Shown piece after piece: positions 1-9,921 of a stretch of DNA of 64,000 bases. The translations under genes were made by a program, and so were the position numbers. The first letter of the stretch is position 1; the number at the start of each line of letters is the position of its first letter. The notes beneath the pieces are model-generated. The model worked only from the letters and a program-made list of their open reading frames with translations, was not told where the DNA came from and made no database searches. The stretch is from Rhodanobacteraceae bacterium (GTDB taxonomy: Bacteria > Pseudomonadota > Gammaproteobacteria > Xanthomonadales > SZUA-5): NCBI GenBank assembly GCA_016713135.1, contig JADJPR010000022.1:320861-384860 (forward strand), written 5' to 3'.

Positions 1-1
1 A

Positions 2-628
2 CTGGCGGCCGAAGGCCTGGTCGATGCGGTCGACGCCTATCATGAGGGCATCGCATTCAACGCCGACGAAGTCGCTGCGCTGTTCCGCGCCGCGGCCGCG
101 CTGAAACTGCCGGTACGCCTGCACGCAGACCAGTTGAGCGACCAGCAGGGCGCCGCGCTCGCCGCCGCGCACGGCGCGCTTTCGGCCGACCATCTGGAAT
201 GCACCGACGCCGCGGGCTGCGCCGCACTGGCGCGCGCGGGCACCGTGGCGGTTCTGTTGCCCGCCGCCTACCTGGTGCTCAAGGAAACCCGCAAACCACC
301 GGTGACGCAGCTACGTGAGGCAGGCGCCGCGATGGCAGTCGCCACCGACGTCAATCCCGGCACATCGCCGCTATTGTCGCTGCGCACGGCGATGAGCCTG
401 GCGATCAGCCTGTTCGACCTGCAGGTGGAGGAAGCCCTGCTCGGCACCACGCTGCATGCGGCAAAGGCGCTGGGTCTGCAAGAGACGCACGGCATCCTCG
501 CGCCCGGAAAGCGCGCGGATTTCGTCTGCTGGGAAGCGGAATCGCCGGCCGAGCTGGTCTACTGGCTCGGCGGGGTGCTCGCACGCGAAGTGGTCGCGGG
601 CGGCAACATCATCCACGGCCGCCCCTAA
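2..628 (+). CDS. hutI: imidazolonepropionase, C-terminal part (5' end lies outside the window)
   Basis: The frame is open from the window edge. The translation ...VRLHADQLSDQQGAALAAAHGALSADHLE...ATDVNPGTSP...GKRADFV fits the amidohydrolase-fold HutI. Confidence 0.85.
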   Translation: MAAEGLVDAVDAYHEGIAFNADEVAALFRAAAALKLPVRLHADQLSDQQGAALAAAHGALSADHLECTDAAGCAALARAGTVAVLLPAAYLVLKETRKPPVTQLREAGAAMAVATDVNPGTSPLLSLRTAMSLAISLFDLQVEEALLGTTLHAAKALGLQETHGILAPGKRADFVCWEAESPAELVYWLGGVLAREVVAGGNIIHGRP

Positions 629-664
629 CAGCATTGATGCCGGAACGGGGCGACCTGCGACTGG

Positions 665-689
665 CGTGCGGCGGAATGCCCGCCGCGCG
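665..689. terminator. GC-rich hairpin between the convergent hutI and bTHX-like genes
   Basis: gcggcgg (668-674) pairs with ccgccgc (680-686) across a 5-nt loop, and the stem can be extended with one G-U pair. There is no clear T-tract. Confidence 0.3.
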
Positions 690-691
690 GC

Positions 692-829
692 TCAGCCCTT
701 CTTGGCGGCCTTGGCCGGCGCCGCGACGACTGCCTTCTTCGCCCGCTGCAGGCGGCTGTTGCCGTAGGAACCCTTGAAGATCTTGCCCTTGCGGCTGCGC
801 TTGTCGCCACGACCCATGTTCTTCTCCAT
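692..829 (-). CDS. small basic ribosomal protein, bTHX-like (45 aa; alternative start at 817 gives 41 aa)
   Basis: The 3' part of the 692..1324 track ORF reads MEKNMGRGDKRSRKGKIFKGSYGNSRLQRAKKAVVAAPAKAAKKG. The GRGDKRSRKGKIFKGSYG core matches my recollection of THX. Confidence 0.6.
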   Translation of the reverse strand: MEKNMGRGDKRSRKGKIFKGSYGNSRLQRAKKAVVAAPAKAAKKG

Positions 830-873
830 CCTTGCAGTGCTGGCCGGCACCGTGCCGAACCAAACCGCGAAGA

Positions 874-1878
874 CTAACAGGTCGCGCCGCGGGCTGCACC
901 TGCCCATGCCAGTGCGTGCGCCGCGAGCGCGCGTCCGCTGAGCCAGGCGCCCTCCAACCGCGAACCACAGCACCAGTCGCCACCCAGGGCGATCCGGCGC
1001 GTCGCATCCGCCAGCGCGCCCGCATCCAGGGGCGCCTCGGCGAGGGCGTAGCGCCAGCGATGCGCCCACCAACGCGCCGGTGCGTGCCCGCTCCCGGTGA
1101 TCCCGGCGAAGGCGGCGAGGATCTCCGGCCCCACAGCATCCGGCGTCGACTCCAGGTGTGCGCGGCTGAACCTTGGGCCGGCATGCACCAGCCAGCGCTC
1201 CCCTGATGGCCGCAGCGGCTTGCTGCTGTCGCGCGCGATCCATGAAAGTGGCCCGTGATTGACGAAGGCCGCGTCGAATTCGAGCTCGATGGGGCGATCG
1301 AATTCCAGCATCACCGCCCAGCACGGGGCGAAGCGGATCGCCGCGGCATCGCGCGAGACCGCCTCATGCGGCAGCAACTCGACCGCCTGGGTCGCCGGCA
1401 GGGTGCACAGCAGGCTGGCGAATGGCCCCTCGCGACCACCGTCGGCGAGTTGCAGCCACCACCCGTGCGCGTCGCGCGTGCAATCGACCACCCGCCGGCT
1501 GCACTGGACATCCAGCCCCAGGAGCAAATCGGCCGCCAGTGCCGACATCCCGGGCTGCGCCACCCAGCGGGTCTCGTGGGTTCCCGGTTCCCGGCGGCCG
1601 TCGGCATCGATGACGCTCATCCGTGGCTGCCAGCGAGCGACGACGCCGCGCTCGCGCAGGCGATCGACCGCCGCGATGAAGGCGGGATCGCGCGCCGTGA
1701 AGTACTGTGCGCCGTGGTCGAAATGCGCGCCGTCGCGTACCCGCGTCGCGGCGCGACCGCCGGGCGCGCGACCCTTGTCGTAGACGCGGACGGCGACTCC
1801 GTTGTCCGCCAGCGCGCGGGCGGCGCTGGCGCCAGCGATCCCGGCGCCGAGGACGGCAACCACTTCCACGCCGCCCAT
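874..1878 (-). CDS. NAD(P)/FAD-dependent oxidoreductase (COG3380-like)
   Basis: A Rossmann motif VAVLGAGIAGASAARALA follows the start MGGVEV. The start overlaps the upstream stop as ATGA (plus strand tcat at 1876-1880). Confidence 0.8.
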   Translation of the reverse strand: MGGVEVVAVLGAGIAGASAARALADNGVAVRVYDKGRAPGGRAATRVRDGAHFDHGAQYFTARDPAFIAAVDRLRERGVVARWQPRMSVIDADGRREPGTHETRWVAQPGMSALAADLLLGLDVQCSRRVVDCTRDAHGWWLQLADGGREGPFASLLCTLPATQAVELLPHEAVSRDAAAIRFAPCWAVMLEFDRPIELEFDAAFVNHGPLSWIARDSSKPLRPSGERWLVHAGPRFSRAHLESTPDAVGPEILAAFAGITGSGHAPARWWAHRWRYALAEAPLDAGALADATRRIALGGDWCCGSRLEGAWLSGRALAAHALAWAGAARGATC

Positions 1879-2339
1879 CAACCGGCTCCGGACAGCACGG
1901 CGATGAGCACCACGTGCACCACCACCACCGCGCCGGAGAGCCGCGCGCGCAGCTTCATGAACCACGCTGGCCATTCCGGCGACGGCCGGCGCATCACGTC
2001 GAAGAAGCCGATCACGGCATACACCAGCGCCAGGATCTTCAGCGCGTCGAGCGGCTGGACCAGCAGGCTGCCGCAGGCGATGAGGCTGGGAAACACCGAC
2101 AGCGCCAGCGGACGCCAGCCGGCCTCACCCAGCGCCGCGCCCCAGCGAACTCCGCCGAGAAAGGACAGGATCACTGCCGAATAGGCGACGAAAGCCTGCA
2201 GCGCGAGCGCCCGCAGCGGCGCGTCTTCGACGATCATTGCGCCCAGCGCCGCGGCCGCAAACGGGATCAACCCGGTCCCGCCCAGCCACGCGGCAGCGGG
2301 CGGGATCTGTCTCGACATGAACGCACCGGGTGCCGCCAA
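1878..2339 (-). CDS. DUF3429-like membrane protein
   Basis: Polytopic hydrophobic protein containing YSAVILSFLGGVRWGAAL. It appears translationally coupled to the downstream oxidoreductase. An alternative start lies at 2318. Confidence 0.7.
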   Translation of the reverse strand: MAAPGAFMSRQIPPAAAWLGGTGLIPFAAAALGAMIVEDAPLRALALQAFVAYSAVILSFLGGVRWGAALGEAGWRPLALSVFPSLIACGSLLVQPLDALKILALVYAVIGFFDVMRRPSPEWPAWFMKLRARLSGAVVVVHVVLIAVLSGAG

Positions 2340-2412
2340 GCTCTACTCCTTCACCGCGGGCCGACACCGCTTCCGGTCAGCTGCCGCCACCAAACTGCAG
2401 GAATTGCGAATC

Positions 2413-2913
2413 ATGGAATACCTGGATGTGCTGGAAAGGTGCAGGACGACCCTGCCCCAGCCCTTTGGGCGTGGATCCGACGCGGAGCGCGATGCCCTGG
2501 CGCGCTTCGCCCGGTTTTTCTCCGACTTCTCGCCGGACAAGGTTGACCGGCTGGTCGACCTGACTTATGCGCCGGATGTGTGGTTCAACGATACGTTGAA
2601 GACGATTCGCGGCCGCGACGCCCTGCGAGGCTACCTGCGCCACAGCGCCGAAGCCGTGGAGAGCTGCCGCGTCGAGATCCTGGACACCCTCGGCAACGAC
2701 CGCGGGGACTATTACCTGCGTTGGACGATGGTGATCCGTTTCCGCCGTTTCAAGCGGGGGCAGGACACCCAGACCATCGGCATGAGCCATTTGCGCTTCA
2801 ACGCCGAAGGCCTGGTGCTGCTGCACCAGGACTACTGGGATTCGACCGCTGGGCTGTTCGAGCACGTGCCGCTGCTCGGCACCGGCATCCGCGCGATCAA
2901 GCGGCGGGTCTGA
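2413..2913 (+). CDS. NTF2/SnoaL-like family protein
   Basis: The start MEYLDVLERC was chosen inside the 2317..2913 ORF. The ...YYLRWTMVIRFRRF...LHQDYWD pattern is typical of SnoaL-like folds. Confidence 0.65.
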   Translation: MEYLDVLERCRTTLPQPFGRGSDAERDALARFARFFSDFSPDKVDRLVDLTYAPDVWFNDTLKTIRGRDALRGYLRHSAEAVESCRVEILDTLGNDRGDYYLRWTMVIRFRRFKRGQDTQTIGMSHLRFNAEGLVLLHQDYWDSTAGLFEHVPLLGTGIRAIKRRV

Positions 2914-2914
2914 T

Positions 2915-3697
2915 TCACACGCGAGGGGGGCGGCGCCTGGCCGCCGGCTTGCCGCCCTGCCCGACTTCCTCGCGCAGCGACTGCAGCAGCGAGAACTGGA
3001 AGGGTCGCATGCCGATCACCAGGCCCACGCCGCGGCGCTTGGCGCCGGGCAGGCTGGCGTCCACCGACGCCAATTCGGTGAATTCGCGCACCATGCGTTC
3101 CAGTCGTCGGCGCAGCAGCGCCAGCGAAGCGCTGCCCAGTTCCTTGACCTCCAGGCGCAGCAGCGCATCGCTGCCCTCGAAGCTGCCGCGGAAGAACTCG
3201 ACCAGCGCGCTGCGCGCCCAGCGCCGCATTACCGGCCCCTGCGCGCGCCATTCGAAATCCCGCGCCACGCATAACCTCACGCGGTTCTCCGGTTGCAGTT
3301 CGAGCAGTTTCAGGCGGTCCAGCCGCGCCAACAGGCGCACGATCGCGGTGTCGGCGATGCCGAACTCCTGCTGCACCTCGGCCACGCTCCAGTCATTGCA
3401 CAACAGGTGGAACAGGATCAGCAGCCGCGGCTCCTCGGCCAGCGCTTCCTCCTGCGCCAGGTTGAGCTCGCTCGCCTGCTCGGACACCCGGCGGCCACTC
3501 TTGGCGAGCTCGAAGAAATCGATCTCGAGCACTGCGCAGATGCGCTCCAGGCGTTCCAGTGTGATCCCGCCACGCGAGAACATGCGCTTGACGCTCGGCT
3601 CGGACAGATCGAGGGCGCGGGCGAGGTCCGCATAGCGCAGGTTGCGCGCCTTCAACTGTCGCTTGAGCGCCTCGCGCAGGCGCAGGGCTTCGCTCAT
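2915..3697 (-). CDS. XRE-type helix-turn-helix transcriptional regulator
   Basis: N-terminal HTH: LRYADLARALDLSEPSVKRMFSRGGITLERLERICAVLEIDFFEL. It is divergent from the FAD oxidoreductase gene. Confidence 0.75.
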   Translation of the reverse strand: MSEALRLREALKRQLKARNLRYADLARALDLSEPSVKRMFSRGGITLERLERICAVLEIDFFELAKSGRRVSEQASELNLAQEEALAEEPRLLILFHLLCNDWSVAEVQQEFGIADTAIVRLLARLDRLKLLELQPENRVRLCVARDFEWRAQGPVMRRWARSALVEFFRGSFEGSDALLRLEVKELGSASLALLRRRLERMVREFTELASVDASLPGAKRRGVGLVIGMRPFQFSLLQSLREEVGQGGKPAARRRPPRV

Positions 3698-3816
3698 GGG
3701 TGCGCTCCGCGGATCGCCGTCCGCTCCGGTAGGTATCGCCATTCGATACCTTGAACGCACGTATTGCAACATGTGCGGTGCACGCACAGCCTGCGGCCAC
3801 CCACCCGGAGGCCGCC

Positions 3817-5217
3817 ATGAGCGTCATCGATCCCGTCGCCACCCGCAGCGTCCGTCTCAACGACGTGCACTCGCGCCTCAACGCCACCCAGGTTGCCGAG
3901 GTCCTGCGACCGGTGTCGGTCGAGGCGGCGGCCTCGATGATCCGGCGCGCGGCACGCAGCGGCGCGCCGCTGGTGCCGATGGGCGCGCAGCATGCGATGG
4001 GCGGACAGCAATACCTCGACGGCGGCCTGGTGATTGACACCGCCGGGCTCGACCGCATCGAGCAGTTCGACGATGTCCGCGGCCTGGTGACCGTCGAAGG
4101 GGGCATCCGCTGGCCGGCGCTGCTCGACTGGCTGCAGCGCAGCCCGCGCAACTCCGGCCGCTGGACGGTGCGCCAGAAACAGACTGGCGGCGACAACTTC
4201 AGCCTCGGTGGCTCGGTCGCGGCAAACGTGCATGGCCGGATCCTCGGCCACGGTCCGCTGGTGGACGACATCGAATGGCTGGAGATCGTCGATGCCAGCG
4301 GCGAGCGCCGCAAACTCAGTCGCAACGAGGATCCGCTGCACTTCGCCCACGTGGTCGGCGGCTATGGCCTGTTCGGCCTGGTCACGCGGGTCTGCCTGCG
4401 CCTCACCCGCGAGCAGACGCTCGAGCGCGAGGTGTCGCTCGAACGCGTCGGCACGCTGATGCAGCGCTTCGACGAGGCCATCGCGCGGGGCTGCCGCTAT
4501 GGCGATTTCCAGTTCGCGGTCGATCCGGACAGCCCGGATTTCCTCGACCTCGGCATCCTGTCCTGCTACCGGCCGGTGGATGCCGAACCCAGCCAGAATC
4601 CGCTGGCGCTGGGCAACGACGGCTTCCGTCATTTGCTGCACCTGGCGCACGTGGACAAGACCCGTGCATTCGACGAGTACGCGGCGCACTATCAGCGCAG
4701 CCACGGCCAGCGCTATCCGCTGTTGGCGCAGCACAGCGGGATCTACCTCGACGGCTACCACGATGCCATCGACCACGCGCTCTGCCACCACGGCTCGGAG
4801 ATGATCAGCGAGTTGTACGTTCCGCGCCCGCAGTTCGCGCGTTTCATGGGCCTCGCGGCCGAGACCCTGCGCCGTCACCGCGCGGATCCGATCTACGGCA
4901 CCGTGCGCCTGATCGAGCCCGACCGCACCACCGCACTGCCCTGGGCGCGCGAAGCCTGGGCCTGCACCGTCTTCAACCTGCACGTGCAGCACCGCGGCAA
5001 CGGCCCGCTGGAGGCCGCTGCAGCCTTCCGCGGCCTGATCGACTGCGCGCTCGATTGCGGCGGCAGTTACTACCTCACCTACCACCGCTGGGCCCGCCCG
5101 GATCAGCTGGAAGCCGCACACCCAGGCATCCGTGCATTCCTGGCGCACAAGCGCGAATTGGATCCGCGCGGCGTGTTCCAGAGCGACTGGTACCGGCATC
5201 TGCTGCGCTGTCTCTGA
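3817..5217 (+). CDS. FAD-binding (PCMH-type) oxidoreductase
   Basis: GGAG lies 7 nt upstream of the ATG. The N-terminal FAD-binding domain reads ...PLVPMGAQHAMGGQQYLDGGLVIDTAGLDRI...VTVEGGIRW. Confidence 0.8.
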   Translation: MSVIDPVATRSVRLNDVHSRLNATQVAEVLRPVSVEAAASMIRRAARSGAPLVPMGAQHAMGGQQYLDGGLVIDTAGLDRIEQFDDVRGLVTVEGGIRWPALLDWLQRSPRNSGRWTVRQKQTGGDNFSLGGSVAANVHGRILGHGPLVDDIEWLEIVDASGERRKLSRNEDPLHFAHVVGGYGLFGLVTRVCLRLTREQTLEREVSLERVGTLMQRFDEAIARGCRYGDFQFAVDPDSPDFLDLGILSCYRPVDAEPSQNPLALGNDGFRHLLHLAHVDKTRAFDEYAAHYQRSHGQRYPLLAQHSGIYLDGYHDAIDHALCHHGSEMISELYVPRPQFARFMGLAAETLRRHRADPIYGTVRLIEPDRTTALPWAREAWACTVFNLHVQHRGNGPLEAAAAFRGLIDCALDCGGSYYLTYHRWARPDQLEAAHPGIRAFLAHKRELDPRGVFQSDWYRHLLRCL

Positions 5218-5246
5218 GCCCAACCCCTTCCTGACGGAGTCCTGCC

Positions 5247-5678
5247 ATGATCAAGACCCTGATGCATTTGCTGCCAGCCTGCCTGGTTGCAGCGAACGCC
5301 AACGCCCTGGAGGCGACGCAGCTGACCGGTCACTGGGAGGGCTCTGGACGTTATTACGAGGTCCGCTTGCAGCGAGAACTGCCGGCACCCCGGTTTGAAC
5401 TGACGATCGACGCCGACCTGGTGTTGCGCGGCAAGCTTGGCGACGCCACCATCGTGCCCGCGCGGCCGCGCAAGACCGGCGACCGGGTCGATTACTACCT
5501 GGCACTCGATGGCCGCGTCGCGCCGGGAGAGTCGATGCAAGGCAAGGACCATGTCCTGATCCTGATCCATGGGCTCGACGCGGACAGTTTCGAGGCCGAT
5601 TTCCACCTGAAGGACTCGTTCGGCTTCGACTTCAGCATGCACCCCGGCGAATTGCACGGCAACCGTCACCAGCCCTGA
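5247..5678 (+). CDS. hypothetical exported protein
   Basis: Signal-peptide-like N-terminus MIKTLMHLLPACLVAANANA. Third-position GC is high. No family was recognised. Confidence 0.5.
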   Translation: MIKTLMHLLPACLVAANANALEATQLTGHWEGSGRYYEVRLQRELPAPRFELTIDADLVLRGKLGDATIVPARPRKTGDRVDYYLALDGRVAPGESMQGKDHVLILIHGLDADSFEADFHLKDSFGFDFSMHPGELHGNRHQP

Positions 5679-5751
5679 GGCCGCGATCACCTGCCCGGGC
5701 GGCGGCGCGGCGGGATAGCATCGCCCGCACAACCGGCAGCGGGGGAGGACG

Positions 5752-6531
5752 ATGGCAGCTGATCGCAACGATGCGGCACCCGAGGACACGCGTCCCTTCG
5801 TCGTTCCTTGCGCCGACTTGACGCCCGCAGCCCCCTGGCGCTGGCTGCGCCTGGGCTGGCAGGATTTGCGCGCCGCGCCGGGGCTGTCGCTGGTTTTCGG
5901 TGGGGTGATCCTGCTGGTCAGCATCGGCGTCTCGGCGCTGGCCTGGTACCTCGGGCGCTTCGCGCTGCTGGCAACCTTGGTGTCGGGTTTCGTTTTCGTG
6001 GCGCCGCTGATCGGCGTCGGGCTCTATTGTGTCAGCCGCGAACTGGCGGCCGGCCGTCGACCCACGCTCGACAAGTCTTTCGTGCTCGCACGGCGTGTGG
6101 TCGGCCAGGCCGGCGTGTTCGCGCTGGCGCAGCTGGTGATCCTGCTGCTGTGGTCGCGCGCCGGGATGATGATCAATGTGTTCGTGCCGGTGCAGGCAGA
6201 CGACTGGCCGGCATTGATCGAATACCTCGCGATCGGCTCGGCCGTGGGCTCGATCTTCGCCTCGTTCACCTTCGCCACTGCAGCATTCTCGCTGCCGATG
6301 ATCGCCGATCGTGATGTCGACATGGTGACCGCCTGCGTGTCCAGCGTGAACGCGGTGCTGCGCAACAAATGGACCATGCTGCTGTGGGGCGCGCTGATCG
6401 CGCTACTGACGGCGATTGGATTCGTCACCGCCTACCTCGGCCTGGTGGTGATCATGCCCTGGCTGGCCTATGCGGCCTGGCACGCCTATCGCGAAACCCT
6501 GGACGCCTCGGCCTGGCCGGCGCTGGACTGA
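5752..6531 (+). CDS. DUF2189-like integral membrane protein
   Basis: WRWLRLGWQDLRAAPGLSLVFGG is followed by several transmembrane segments. Confidence 0.7.
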   Translation: MAADRNDAAPEDTRPFVVPCADLTPAAPWRWLRLGWQDLRAAPGLSLVFGGVILLVSIGVSALAWYLGRFALLATLVSGFVFVAPLIGVGLYCVSRELAAGRRPTLDKSFVLARRVVGQAGVFALAQLVILLLWSRAGMMINVFVPVQADDWPALIEYLAIGSAVGSIFASFTFATAAFSLPMIADRDVDMVTACVSSVNAVLRNKWTMLLWGALIALLTAIGFVTAYLGLVVIMPWLAYAAWHAYRETLDASAWPALD

Positions 6532-6621
6532 TCGCCGCCACAGTGACTTTCGCCCCTGTACGGGCGGGATGGCGGGCGTAGCCTCGCGACCCTTGTTCAC
6601 ACTCAGGTCGGACGCCCGCCC

Positions 6622-8012
6622 ATGCTGCCTGCACGCCCGCGCACCTTGCTGTCGCTTGCCCTCACCCTCTCCCTGCCGATGTTCGCGGCCGCCGCGGATG
6701 CCGATCGCTGGGAGATCCCGGTGGCGGTCAGGACCCTCGACAATGGCCTGACGGTGGTCGTTTCGAGGACCGCAGCGCGCCGGTCGTCGGCGTCAGCGTG
6801 GTCTACAAGGTCGGTATGCGGCTGGAGCCGAAGAACCGTACCGGTTTCGCGCACCTGTTCGAGCACCTGATGTTCGAGGGCACGCCGAACGCGCCGGAAG
6901 GCACCTTCGACAAGGTCATCACCGGCGGCGGCGGCCGCAACAACGGCTCCACCCGGCCGGACTACACCAACTACATCGAAGTGGCACCGGCCTCCGCGCT
7001 GGAGCCCATCCTGTGGCTGGAGGCGGACCGCATGACTACCCTGGACTTCAACGAGAAGACCCTGAAGAACCAGCAGGACGTGGTCAAGGAAGAGATCCGC
7101 GTCAACGTGAAGAACCAGCCCTACGGCGGCTTCATGTGGATCGACATCTCGCAGCACGCCTTCCAGAAGTGGGAGAACAACCACGACGGTTACGGCAGCT
7201 TCGTCGACCTGGACAACGCCAGCCTGGACGACGTGCGCGCCTTCCACCGCGACTATTACGGCCCGAACAACGCCGTGATCGCGATGGCCGGCGACATCAG
7301 CGCCGAGGAAGGCTTCAAGCTGGCCGAGAAGTACTTCGGCAAGATCGAGCGCCGCGAGACGCCGCCGCCCCCGGATGTGAGCGAGCCGTTGAACACCAAG
7401 GAAAAACGCATCACCCAGGCTGACGACCTGGCCCAGGTGCCGGCGGTGGCCGTTGCGTGGAAAATCGCCGAGCGCGGCAGCCCGGACCAGGCGCCGTTCG
7501 CGGTGCTCGCCGAAGTGCTCGCCGGCGGCGATGCCTCGCGCATGTACCAGGGTCTGGTGAAGGGCAAGGAAATGGCCCTGAACATCGATTTCCTGTTCGG
7601 CCTTACCAGCCCCTTCGAGTTCGACGGCCCGACCCTGTTGACGCTGTTCGCGCTGTACAAGCCGAACGTCACCAGCGAGCAGCTGATCGCGGAGATGGAC
7701 GCGCAGATCGCGAAGATCGTCGCCGAAGGGGTCTCCGACGAGGAGCTCGCGCGGGTCAAGACCGGAATGCTCGCGGACTGGAACAACGGCAACGAGAGCC
7801 TGCTGAGCCGCGCCGACAACCTGGCGATCTTCCAGGCGCTGTGGGGCGACGCGAAGGTCATCAACCAGGTGCCGGGCTGGATCGAAGGCGTGACCTCCGA
7901 CGACTTGAAACGTGTCGCGAAGAAGTACCTGACCGCCGAGAACCGCACCGTCATCGATCGCAAGCCGAAGGCCATGCTGGCCGACGCTGCCGCCAGCAAG
8001 AACGAGGGCTGA
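6622..8012 (+). pseudogene. M16 (pitrilysin-family) zinc peptidase, catalytic partner; one frameshift as sequenced
   Basis: The signal peptide plus LDNGLTVVV (ORF 6622..6870) continues in another frame as VVGVSVVYKVG...GFAHLFEHLMFEG (HxxEH motif; ORF 6798..8012). One base appears to be missing near 6765-6767 (tcgagg where tcggagg is expected). Confidence 0.8.
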
Positions 8013-8017
8013 GAACC

Positions 8018-9421
8018 ATGAACAAGACTCTGATCGCTGCGCTGATCGCCGCGCTGCTCGCCCCGGTCGCCTATGCCGACACCTTCGCCATGCCCAAGGA
8101 CCTGCCAGCGTATGCGCCGGACAAGCCGCTGCCGGTACCGGAGATCGCCAAGAAGACGCTGGAAAACGGCCTCACCGTGTGGGTGCTGCCGCGCGATGGC
8201 GTGCCGCGCGTCGATTACGTGCTGGCGTTCAAGGGCGCGGGCCTCGCGGCGGATCCGGCGGACATGCCGGGCTTTGCGTCTACCCTTGCGAGCATGCTCA
8301 GCGAGGGCACCGAGAAGCGCGATTCCAAGGCGATCGCCGAGACCGCGCAGAGCTATGGCGGCAGCGTGGGCGCCGGCGCCGGCAACGACGGCCTGACCCT
8401 GTACGCCAATGCCACTGCCTCGAAGGCCGAGGCGATGATGCAGCTGCTGGCGCAGATCGCGCGCACGCCGAACTTCCCGGAAAAGGAAGTAGCTTTGGCC
8501 AAGGCGAATGCGCTGCAGGGTCTCAAGGCCGCCGAGGCGCAGCCCGGATTCCGCGCCTCGCGCGCGATCTCCAAGGCGGTCTATGGCGACCACCCGTATG
8601 CACGCACGCAGGCCACCGAGGAAGCGATCAACGCGGTCACCCGCGAGAAGCTGCAGCAGGCCTATGCCGAGCGTATCCGCCCGGACCAGGCGCTGCTGGT
8701 GGTGACCGGACGCATCGAGGCCGAGGCCGCGTTCAAACTGGCAGAGTCTGCCCTTGGTGACTGGAAGGCCAGCGGCGACGCGCCCAAGGCCGCGCCAGCT
8801 GCGCGTACCGAGGCCGAACCGAGCTTCGTCCACCTGCCGCGCGAAGGCAGTGTGCAGTCCAGCGTGCGCATCGGCCGCCCGGCGATCCCGGCCACCCATG
8901 CGGACTACATCCCGCTGCGCCTGACCACCACCATCCTCGGCGGTGGATTCAGCAGCCGCCTGATGCAGAACCTGCGCGAAGACAAGGGCTACACCTATGG
9001 CGCGGGCGTGGGCTTCGGCGCCAATGCATCCGGCGGCTCCCTGATCGCCAGTTCCGACGTGCGCAACGAAGTCACCGGAAAGGCCGTCGGCGAGTTCTTC
9101 GCTGAGTACAAGCGCATCGGCGAGGAAGCGGTCAGTGCCGAAGAACTCGACATGAACAAGCGCTACGTCGCCGGCGGCTACTTGATCAGCAACCAGTTGC
9201 AGGGCGCAGTCGCCGGAACGCTGGCCGGCAACTGGCTTATCGGCTTGCCGCCGGAGTTCCTCGGCGAGTTCGTGCCCAAGGTGCGCGAGGTCAGTGCCGA
9301 GCAGGTCCAGGCGATGGGCACCAAGTACTTCAAGCCTGATGCGCAGTCCATCGTTGTCGTTGGCGACGAGGCGGTGGTCGAGCAACTGAAGGGCTACGGC
9401 AAGTTCGAGGACGTCCACTGA
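8018..9421 (+). CDS. M16 family peptidase, non-catalytic partner (no HxxEH)
   Basis: The start MNKTLIAALIAALLAPVAYA (signal peptide) lies 6 nt after the upstream stop. The M16 fold pattern is present without the zinc motif. Confidence 0.85.
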   Translation: MNKTLIAALIAALLAPVAYADTFAMPKDLPAYAPDKPLPVPEIAKKTLENGLTVWVLPRDGVPRVDYVLAFKGAGLAADPADMPGFASTLASMLSEGTEKRDSKAIAETAQSYGGSVGAGAGNDGLTLYANATASKAEAMMQLLAQIARTPNFPEKEVALAKANALQGLKAAEAQPGFRASRAISKAVYGDHPYARTQATEEAINAVTREKLQQAYAERIRPDQALLVVTGRIEAEAAFKLAESALGDWKASGDAPKAAPAARTEAEPSFVHLPREGSVQSSVRIGRPAIPATHADYIPLRLTTTILGGGFSSRLMQNLREDKGYTYGAGVGFGANASGGSLIASSDVRNEVTGKAVGEFFAEYKRIGEEAVSAEELDMNKRYVAGGYLISNQLQGAVAGTLAGNWLIGLPPEFLGEFVPKVREVSAEQVQAMGTKYFKPDAQSIVVVGDEAVVEQLKGYGKFEDVH

Positions 9422-9431
9422 GTTCGCGCAT

Positions 9432-9459
9432 GCCGCCACCGCCTCAGCGCGGTGGCGGC
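9432..9459. terminator. Perfect 11-bp stem hairpin between convergent genes
   Basis: gccgccaccgc (9432-9442) pairs with gcggtggcggc (9449-9459) across a 6-nt loop. The loop contains the stop codon of the minus-strand gene. Confidence 0.45.
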
Positions 9460-9863
9460 AGCCGCTGGTCCACGTTGCGCCGCGCGCGCGACATCTGGCG
9501 TTCGGCCCAGCGCTTCAGCACCTTCGCCCGGCGGGCTCCAGCCTGCGGGTCGCGCAGCACTTCCTCGACGTTGTTCAACACGCTGTCGACCGGCCCGTGA
9601 GCCTGGCTCGACGGGCCGCGGGCGGCTGCCCACAAGTCGATCCATTCATCGCTGCGGCGCCCGAAATCGAGCACGGCGCGAAAGTAGCGCGGCTCCTGGC
9701 GCTTGCTCAGCGCCGCATCGAGCAGGGCGGCGGCTAGAGACAGCGGACTGAGCGCCAGGTCGCGCGCCGCTTCGATGAGCAGTTTCAGTTGCAGCACCAG
9801 GACGTCGCGCGCCAGCACGCGCTCATGAGAGACCGGCGGTTCGTGCATGGTGGTCGCAAGCAA
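9444..9863 (-). CDS. hypothetical protein
   Basis: Coding-like composition and a plausible helical protein. No family was recognised. An alternative start lies at 9848. Confidence 0.5.
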   Translation of the reverse strand: MLATTMHEPPVSHERVLARDVLVLQLKLLIEAARDLALSPLSLAAALLDAALSKRQEPRYFRAVLDFGRRSDEWIDLWAAARGPSSQAHGPVDSVLNNVEEVLRDPQAGARRAKVLKRWAERQMSRARRNVDQRLPPPR

Positions 9864-9921
9864 GGAGGGACGCCGAGCATAGTCGGCGTCCCACGAGCAT
9901 GGCAGTGACGGAAGGCGCGGG

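Noticed and set aside
692-1324. 210-aa ORF taken at face value
   Set aside because: Only the last 45 codons look like a real (THX-like) protein. The remainder overlaps the better-supported 874..1878 flavoprotein gene in another frame.
7256-9439. 727-aa minus-strand ORF across the M16 peptidase genes
   Set aside because: It is antisense to two well-supported peptidase genes. It is a spurious long ORF caused by high GC.
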